Positions 28,311-34,991 of a stretch of DNA of 34,991 bases are shown in pieces. The notes below the pieces were generated by a model that was given only the letters and a program-made list of their open reading frames with translations, did not search any database and was not told the origin of the DNA. The stretch's first letter is position 1; each line of letters starts with the position of its first letter. Location: NCBI GenBank assembly GCA_046582595.1, contig JAYGEB010000363.1, positions 1-34,991 of the forward strand. The letters run 5' to 3'. Made by a program: the position numbers and the translations under genes. This DNA comes from Alphaproteobacteria bacterium. Its GTDB lineage: Bacteria; Pseudomonadota; Alphaproteobacteria; GCA-2731375.

Positions 28311-28670
28311 ATGTTTCAGGCGGTGCTGGATCACTATAATTACTGGATTGCCGTCATGTTGATGATGGTGGGTTTCTACACCGTTCTGGCGCGGGGCAAT
28401 CTGGTTAAGAAACTGGTCGGCCTGAATATTTTCCAGACTTCGGTATTCCTGCTCTACATCTCCATGGGCAAGGTGACGGGCGGCACGGCGCCGATCCTCG
28501 ATGACCGCTTCCAGGTTTATTCCAACCCGATCCCGCACGTGCTGATCCTGACCGCCATCGTGGTCGGCGTCGCGACCACGGCCCTAGGTTTGGCCCTGGT
28601 GGTGCGCATACGCGAAAGCTACGGCACCATCGAGGAAGACGAGTTGGACCTGATGGACGGCGAAACATGA
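28311..28670 (+). CDS. mrpC: Mrp antiporter subunit C
   Basis: NLVKKLVGL, NPIPHVLILTAIVV. Confidence 0.92.
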   Translation: MFQAVLDHYNYWIAVMLMMVGFYTVLARGNLVKKLVGLNIFQTSVFLLYISMGKVTGGTAPILDDRFQVYSNPIPHVLILTAIVVGVATTALGLALVVRIRESYGTIEEDELDLMDGET

Positions 28671-30158
28671 ACGCGCTGTTACCCCATCTGCCCGCCTTGC
28701 AGGTCGTCATCCCCCTGGCCGCGGCGCCATTGTGCCTGTTGGCGGGGCGGGGCGGACTGGCCTGGATCATCGCATTTCTGGCCGCCGCCTGCGCCACCGT
28801 GATTGCCGCCATTCTGGCCTATCAGACCCTGCACAATGGCCCTATCAGCTATGAAATGGGCGGCTGGGCGCCGCCCTGGGGCATCGAATATGTGGTCGAT
28901 ACGGCGAATGCGTTTATTCTTTTGCTGGTCGCCGGCATCGCCACCGTGGTCCTGCTGTTTTGTTATACCTCCGTCGGCAAGGAGATCAGGGCCGGCAGGG
29001 CGCACCTGTTCTATTGTATGTACATCCTGTGCCTGACCGGGCTGCTGGGCATCGCCATCACGGGTGATGCCTTCAACGTCTTTGTATTTTTAGAAATATC
29101 CTCGCTGTCCAGCTATGCCCTGATCGCCATGGGCGGCCAGCGCAAGGCGCTGACGGCGGCCTTCCAGTATCTGGTCATGGGCACCATTGGCGCGACCTTC
29201 TTTTTGATCGGCGTCGGGTTGCTGTACATGATGACCGGCACCCTGAACATGGCCGATTTGGCCGAGCGCATTCCAGCCATCAAGGACAGCCGCCCGGTGC
29301 TGGCCGCCTTCGCCTTCATCACCGTCGGCCTGGCCCTGAAGGCGGCCCTGTTCCCCCCTGCATCTGTGGCTGCCAAATGCCTACGCCTTCGCGCCGTCGG
29401 GGGTTTCCGCCTTCATGGCGGCGACGGCCACGAAGGTTTCGCTGTACGTTCTCCTGCGCTTTACCTTCACCCTGTTCGGGGCCGAAATCGCCTTCCGCGA
29501 TCTGGCCCTCCATTCGGTGCTGCTGCCGCTGGCGGTCATCGCCATGTTCGCGGGTTCTTTCTCCGCCATATTCCAGCGTGACATCAAACGCATGCTGGCC
29601 TATTCCTCGGTGGCGCAGATCGGCTACATCACCCTGGCGATATCGCTCGCCTCCCATGCCGGCATACAGGCCGCCATGATCCACATCTTTAATCACGGCC
29701 TGATGAAGGCGGCCCTGTTCTGCGCCATGGGCTGCATCTTTTATCGTATCGGCTCCACGCGGATCGATCAGTTGGCCGGTCTGGGCCGGCAGATGCCCTG
29801 GACCTTCGCGGCCATCGTCGCCGGCTGCTTGAGCCTTCTGGGCGTGCCCCTGACCGCCGGGTTCATCTCCAAATGGTATCTGGTGCAGGCGGCATTGCAG
29901 TCCGATCTGTGGTGGCTGGTCCCCTTGATCGTATTAAGCTCCATGCTGGCGTTGATTTATGTCTGGCGCCTGGTGGAGGCGTTGTATTTCAAGGAACCGC
30001 CCGCCGGGCGGGAGGCCGTGGCGGAGGCGCCCCTGTCCATGTTGTTGCCGACGCTGTTGCTGGCCGGCGCCAACATCTATTTCGGCCTGGACACCCGCCT
30101 GCCGGTGGCCATGAGTGAAAGCGCGGCGACCCTGTTGTCGCGGGGGCAGATCTGGTGA
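28667..30158 (+). pseudogene. mrpD: Mrp subunit D (copy 1), frameshifted by one extra C in a C6 run at 29353-29358
   Basis: Removing one C restores KAALFPLHLWLPNAYAFAPS and joins ORFs 28667..29581 and 29415..30158 into one MrpD. Confidence 0.88.
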
Positions 30159-31615
30159 GCGGCTGGCTGATCGCATTGGCCTTGGGCCTGCCGCTGTTCG
30201 CGGTTCCGTGGATCTGGTTCCTCGGTAAATCGCCCAATCAGCGGGAAGCCATTACGCTGGTCACCGCCGTGTCCCTGTTGGTGGTGGTGCTGGCGATCCT
30301 GCCTTTGGTTCTGGCCGGCCTGCCCGTGCGCCTGGAACTGTTGGCGCCGGTGCCTGGGTTGAGCCTGGCCTTCGCGGTGGAGCCATTGGGCATGATCTTC
30401 GCCTGCGTGGCCTCGTTTCTATGGATCGTCAATTCGCTGTTTTCCATCGGCTATATGCGAGCCAACCAGGAACCGCGGCAGACCCGGTTCTATGTCTGTT
30501 TCGCCATCGCCATCGCCGCCACCATGGGCCTGGCTTTCGCCGAAAACCTGTTCACCCTGTTCGTCTGCTACGAGGCGCTGACCCTATCGACCTACCCCCT
30601 GGTGACGCACCACAAGAACGATGAGGCGCGGCGCGCGGGGCGCACCTATCTCGGCATCTTGTTGGGCACCTCCGTCATGCTGCTGTTGCCGGCGATCATC
30701 GCCACCTGGGTGCTGACGGGCAGCATCAGTTTTACCCCCGGTGGCGTCATGGCCGGCAAGGTGGCGCCGATGATCGGCGGCGTCCTGTTGCTGCTGTACC
30801 TCTACGGCATCGGCAAGGCCGCCCTGATGCCCCTGCACCGTTGGCTGCCCGCGGCCATGGTGGCGCCAACGCCGGTCAGCGCCCTGTTGCATGCCGTGGC
30901 CGTGGTCAAGGCCGGGGTTTTCACCGTTGTAAAGGTCTTGGTCTATATCTTCGGCCTTGACTATCTGCGCGATCTGGCCATGGCCGACGTGGCCCTGTAT
31001 CTGGCCGGTTTCACCATCCTCATGGCCTCCATCATCGCTCTGCGCCAGGACAATCTGAAACGCCGCCTGGCCTATTCCACGGTCAGCCAGCTTTCCTATG
31101 TCATTCTCGGGGCGTTGATCCTCTCGCCGCTTTCGACCATGGGCGCGGCGCTGCATATCGCCGTGCATGCCTTCGGGAAGATCACCTTGTTCATGGCGGC
31201 GGGCGCCATCTATACCGCCGCGCACAAGATCAATGTCAGCCAGTTGGACGGCATCGGGCGACGCATGCCCTGGACCATGGGAGCGTTCGCCATTGGCGCG
31301 ATATCCATGATCGGGCTGCCGCCGGCGGCGGGTTTCCTGTCGAAATGGTACATGCTGCTGGGCGCCTGGCAGGTCGGGCAATGGTTCGCGGTGGTGGTCA
31401 TCGTCGGCTCGACATTGCTGAACGCGGCTTATTTCCTGCCCATCATCCATGCCGCCTTCTTTAAACCCGAAATTCCCGGCGGTCCCGCCCATGAACATGG
31501 CGAGGCCCCCTGGCCGATTGTCGTGGCGTTGGTGGCCACGGCCTCGGCGACGATACTATTGTTTCTATTTCCCGGACCGGCGCTGGAACTGGCCAGCCTG
31601 TTGGTCAACCAGTAG
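30155..31615 (+). CDS. mrpD: Mrp subunit D family (copy 2)
   Basis: KAALMPLHRWLPAAMVAPTPVSALLHAVAVVK, LKRRLAYST. Confidence 0.9.
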   Translation: MSGWLIALALGLPLFAVPWIWFLGKSPNQREAITLVTAVSLLVVVLAILPLVLAGLPVRLELLAPVPGLSLAFAVEPLGMIFACVASFLWIVNSLFSIGYMRANQEPRQTRFYVCFAIAIAATMGLAFAENLFTLFVCYEALTLSTYPLVTHHKNDEARRAGRTYLGILLGTSVMLLLPAIIATWVLTGSISFTPGGVMAGKVAPMIGGVLLLLYLYGIGKAALMPLHRWLPAAMVAPTPVSALLHAVAVVKAGVFTVVKVLVYIFGLDYLRDLAMADVALYLAGFTILMASIIALRQDNLKRRLAYSTVSQLSYVILGALILSPLSTMGAALHIAVHAFGKITLFMAAGAIYTAAHKINVSQLDGIGRRMPWTMGAFAIGAISMIGLPPAAGFLSKWYMLLGAWQVGQWFAVVVIVGSTLLNAAYFLPIIHAAFFKPEIPGGPAHEHGEAPWPIVVALVATASATILLFLFPGPALELASLLVNQ

Positions 31616-31699
31616 GAAAGGGCGGGATGATGAACCATATGCCTTGGTTGGAGCAGGCGGAGAAGATTGGCGATACTTTGCCGAGGCGGAGGATATGAC

Positions 31700-31984
31700 A
31701 TGACCGAAGCACCCTCGAACGACCACGCCCAGGATAAGAACGACGGCAAGCGCTATTGGCTCGACGACATGGGCAACGTTTACAAGCTGTTCTGGGCCCT
31801 TGTCGTGGTCTGCGCGCTGGTGTTGCTGTCGGACGCATTTTACGAAAAGCACGTGACTTACGCCTTCGAGAGCTGGTTCGGGTTTTTCGGCCTGTTCGGA
31901 TTTTTCCTATCTTTCGCACTGGTGCTGACGGCGCGCGGATTGCGCAAGTTCCTGATGCGCGACGAGGATTATTATGACCGCTGA
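31700..31984 (+). CDS. Small 2-TM hypothetical protein embedded in the mrp operon
   Basis: GGAGG RBS, two hydrophobic segments, C-terminal LMRDEDYYD; overlaps the next mrpD start. Confidence 0.75.
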   Translation: MTEAPSNDHAQDKNDGKRYWLDDMGNVYKLFWALVVVCALVLLSDAFYEKHVTYAFESWFGFFGLFGFFLSFALVLTARGLRKFLMRDEDYYDR

Positions 31985-33671
31985 ATTCCCACCCGGTCTG
32001 CTGCTGATCGGCGGCGCCTTTCTGGCGCCTTTCATCAAGGGGAATCTGCGCTCGATCTTCATGCTTGCCCTGCCGCTGCTGGGCATCTGGCAATTGACGA
32101 TGTTGGAGCCGGGCACGTTCGGGGCCATGTCGGCTTTTGGTTTCGAGCAGACCCACGTGCGCATCGACAAATTGAGCCTTTTGTTCGGCTATATTTTCTA
32201 CATCGCGGCGGCCCTGGGCATTTTGTTCGCCTGGCACCGCGACGACCGCCTGGAACAGGCCACGGCCCTGGTCTATGTGGGCGCGGCCATCGGCGCGGTC
32301 TTCGCCGGCGACCTGATAACCTTGTTCTTCTATTGGGAATTGGCGGCGATCTCGGCGGTATTCCTGATCTGGGCTGGAAGGACCAACCGGTCCGGCGGTG
32401 CCGGGTTCCGAAGTCTGATCATCTATATGTTGTCGGGCATATTGTTGCTGACGGGCGTTGCCATGCGGGCCATCGAAACCGGCTCGGTCGCCTTCAACAA
32501 CATCGGTCTGGACAGTCCCGGCGGCACGCTCATCCTGCTTGCCTTCGGCATTAAATGCGCCTTCCCGCTGCTTCACAACTGGCTGCAAGACGCCTATCCG
32601 GAAGCTTCGGTCACGGGCACGGTGTTCCTCAGCGCCTTTACCACGAAACTGGCCGTGTACGCTCTGGCGCGCGGTTACGCGGGCACCGAAATTCTGATCT
32701 GGATCGGCGCGGCCATGGCCGCATTCCCCATATTCTACGCGGTGATCGAGAACGATTTGCGCCGGGTTCTGGCCTATAGCCTCAACAACCAGTTGGGATT
32801 CATGGTGGCGGGTATCGGCATCGGCACCACGCTTGCCATCAACGGGGCGGTCAGCCACGCCTTCGCCCACATTATTTATAAATCGCTTTTATTCATGTCC
32901 ATGGGGGCGGTGCTTTACCGGACGGGTACCATCAAGGGCTCGGAACTTGGTGGACTTTACAAGAGCATGCCATGGACCACCGGCTTTTGCATCGTCGGCG
33001 CTGCTTCCATTTCCGCCTTTCCGCTGTTCAGCGGCTTCGTGACCAAATCCATGATTCTGACCGCCGCCGCCGAAGAAGGCTATATGATTCCCTTTCTGGT
33101 CCTGCTGTTCGCGTCCGCCGGGGTATTCCATCATTCCGGCATCAAAATCCCATACTTCGCCTTTTTCGCCCATGATTCCGGCAAGCGGCCCAAGGAAGCT
33201 CCCCTTAACATGCTCCTGGCCATGGGTCTCGCGGCGTTCCTCTGCATTGCCATCGGCGTCTATCCGCAGCCGCTGTATGCGCTGCTGCCCTTCGCCGTGG
33301 ATTACACGCCTTATACGACAACGCATGTGGTCACCACGCTTCAGCTTCTGCTTTTTTCCGGCCTCGCCTTCGCGGTCTTGCAAAGGACCGGTCTCTACCC
33401 TCCGGAACTGCGTTCCACGGTTCTCGATTTCGATTTCAGTTACCGCTGGCTCGCGCCCCGGATAGCCGGCTGGCTCATGTCCGCCGTCGAGCGCGCCTGG
33501 ATGACGGTGGCAAACGCTTCACTGCTGCTGCTAAGTGGCCTGATCGCCCTGACCTTCAGATATTTTGGGCCGCATGGCCTGTTCGCACGCACCCAAACGA
33601 TCCGTTTCTCGTTGAGCGTCATTATTATCCTGCTGGCGATTTTTCTCATGATCTTCTTCGCGCGCCGATGA
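31974..33671 (+). CDS. mrpD: Mrp subunit D family (copy 3)
   Basis: FYWE, KCAFPLLHNWLQDAYP, LRRVLAYS, HAFAHIIYK. Confidence 0.9.
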   Translation: MTAEFPPGLLLIGGAFLAPFIKGNLRSIFMLALPLLGIWQLTMLEPGTFGAMSAFGFEQTHVRIDKLSLLFGYIFYIAAALGILFAWHRDDRLEQATALVYVGAAIGAVFAGDLITLFFYWELAAISAVFLIWAGRTNRSGGAGFRSLIIYMLSGILLLTGVAMRAIETGSVAFNNIGLDSPGGTLILLAFGIKCAFPLLHNWLQDAYPEASVTGTVFLSAFTTKLAVYALARGYAGTEILIWIGAAMAAFPIFYAVIENDLRRVLAYSLNNQLGFMVAGIGIGTTLAINGAVSHAFAHIIYKSLLFMSMGAVLYRTGTIKGSELGGLYKSMPWTTGFCIVGAASISAFPLFSGFVTKSMILTAAAEEGYMIPFLVLLFASAGVFHHSGIKIPYFAFFAHDSGKRPKEAPLNMLLAMGLAAFLCIAIGVYPQPLYALLPFAVDYTPYTTTHVVTTLQLLLFSGLAFAVLQRTGLYPPELRSTVLDFDFSYRWLAPRIAGWLMSAVERAWMTVANASLLLLSGLIALTFRYFGPHGLFARTQTIRFSLSVIIILLAIFLMIFFARR

Positions 33672-33961
33672 CCGCTATTTCCGGGGTGACGCCGGCAAGC
33701 GCCTCGGGCGATTGGTCAACCCCATCTTCCCCACCCACGGCATCCTGGCGCGGACCTGGCCCACGGGCGGCACGGCCCTCCGGACCGCCGCGTTATTGGC
33801 CGTGCCGTTGGCGGATTTAGGCCATGTTCGGGATTGAAATGATCGATCAGGGTCGCGACGGCGGCCCGGCGCTTATGCGCCGCCCGCGCGGAGCGGTGCG
33901 CTCTTGCGCACAAGCGTGAGCGAAGAGAGCCAGGCCCGAATAATTCAATCCCAAAAATGCT

Positions 33962-34468
33962 CTAAGCGTTGGAAATACGGCACGACACCTGCAAGCTGAC
34001 TTGGCCATTGCCGGATAGTTTGTCGTAGTTCAAACGCTCTTTCTTGGCTTGCTTGCGAAAGATGGCTTCCAGTTGATCACGGACGCCGGGCTCCAGATCC
34101 TCTGCATCCAAGGTTATCGTCATGGGCAGCTTGCTCACGCGTTTCGCGGGCCGTTTCGCGGGCGTTCGCTTCGGCTTCTTGCCGCCATTGCCAAAGACAT
34201 CGTCCCAGCCCGAACGGTAATCATCGGTCGAGACGGAGGAGAAATAACTGATGGGCCGGCTGGATGTATCGGACTTGCCGCCGCCCCCACCGCCACTGCC
34301 CGCATCGCCACTTGTCTCGGTGCCGGACTCCTTGCTTGACGCCGAGGCTTCGGAGGCTTTCGTTTCCGTCTTTGTCGTTTCCGTCTTTGCCGCTTCGGTC
34401 TTTGTTGCTTCCGTCTTTGTCGATGCGCTTTCGGATTTTTTTGTATCCGTCTTCGGTTTCGTCGCCAT
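33962..34468 (-). CDS. Hypothetical protein with a low-complexity N-terminus
   Basis: Long ORF with T/K/E/S-rich repeats, a Gly linker, YFSSVSTDDYRSGWDDVFG and a globular-looking C-terminus. Confidence 0.7.
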   Translation of the reverse strand: MATKPKTDTKKSESASTKTEATKTEAAKTETTKTETKASEASASSKESGTETSGDAGSGGGGGGKSDTSSRPISYFSSVSTDDYRSGWDDVFGNGGKKPKRTPAKRPAKRVSKLPMTITLDAEDLEPGVRDQLEAIFRKQAKKERLNYDKLSGNGQVSLQVSCRISNA

Positions 34469-34759
34469 AATTGTCTACTTACCAATTCCTGTATTAAGTG
34501 CCTTGGGGCCAACCGACCCCGTTTATCAATATTGCCATGGTTTTCTCAAGCAAAATTTTGCGCCGCCCGTTGACCCAAACCGTCAATCTACATTGGTCCC
34601 GCCGCAAGCCACTATCGCAATCTCTCGCCAGGACCGCCTGAATGAATTGGTTTTGCGGTGACGGCGGCGCGGAATAGCGGCCAGGTAATCAGATATTCGG
34701 AAATGCAGCTATGTTTCCCGGTTCGTTTCAGCAAACAAATGCCTAATACCAAGGTGCGA

Positions 34760-34991
34760 TGATAAAGACTCATATAGACGCATTACGAAGTCTTTCGGGT
34801 AGGAGCGTGTTGCGCCGTGGTACCAGTACCACAAGCGGCGCGCGACACCGCCAAAAGTCTTCGTAATGCGCCGAATTCGGTCGTTTCAGGGGGCCCTCGG
34901 CGGCGTCGTGAAACCTTGAAGGTACTGGCACCGTCGGCGGTTCCACTTCTACCCGAGGGGCCCCTGAAACGATCTATATGGGTCTTTATCA
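34760..34991. repeat. Composite palindrome: two inverted 116-nt structured units around a central CCGAATTCGG
   Basis: Outer 19-bp inverted repeat (18/19), two internal 16-bp hairpin arms and homologous cores; exact symmetry about 34875.5. Confidence 0.9.

Noticed and set aside
31627-31698. 23-aa ORF (MMNHMPWLEQAEKIGDTLPRRRI) filling the gap in the mrp operon
   Set aside because: Purine-rich upstream sequence but too short and motif-free to support without conservation or ribosome data.
33716-33913. 65-aa minus-strand ORF and a 10-bp inverted repeat CGGCACGGCC/GGCCGTGCCG
   Set aside because: No RBS or recognisable family; a GC-rich inverted repeat with a long loop is plausible by chance.
34760-34991. 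Simple rho-independent terminators or a tRNA as explanation of the terminal hairpins
   Set aside because: No U-tracts, no gene ending nearby, hairpins about 92 nt long, and no cloverleaf or T-loop motif.

Overview
GC-rich window that looks like an alphaproteobacterial (Rhodospirillales-like) chromosome, inferred from gene content (GapR, pyrB-pyrC'-plsY, alpha-type CheZ). From left to right it holds: the end of an IS5-family element that apparently interrupts a gene; gapR; preTA; plsY-pyrC'-pyrB; a decayed SDR; DUF423; a GT2 glycosyltransferase; a Liv-type ABC importer with a DapA-family enzyme; a CBS protein; a CheZ-like protein; a minus-strand block (glutaredoxin, a PrdB/GrdB-like selenoprotein split by the ORF track at an in-frame UGA with a SECIS hairpin, ABC exporter, frameshifted cysteine-dioxygenase-like cupin, MFS, SDR, NTF2 protein); a TPP riboswitch with thiZXY; a two-domain cold-shock protein with a 15-bp VNTR; an mrpA-less Mrp antiporter operon (E-F-G-B'-B-C-D-D-orf-D, first mrpD frameshifted); and a hypothetical protein. 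The most unusual signal is at the right edge: an exactly symmetric palindrome of at least 232 bp made of two inverted 116-nt units. Their stems differ in sequence but keep the same fold by compensatory changes. All calls come from reading the sequence by eye; no searches were run.
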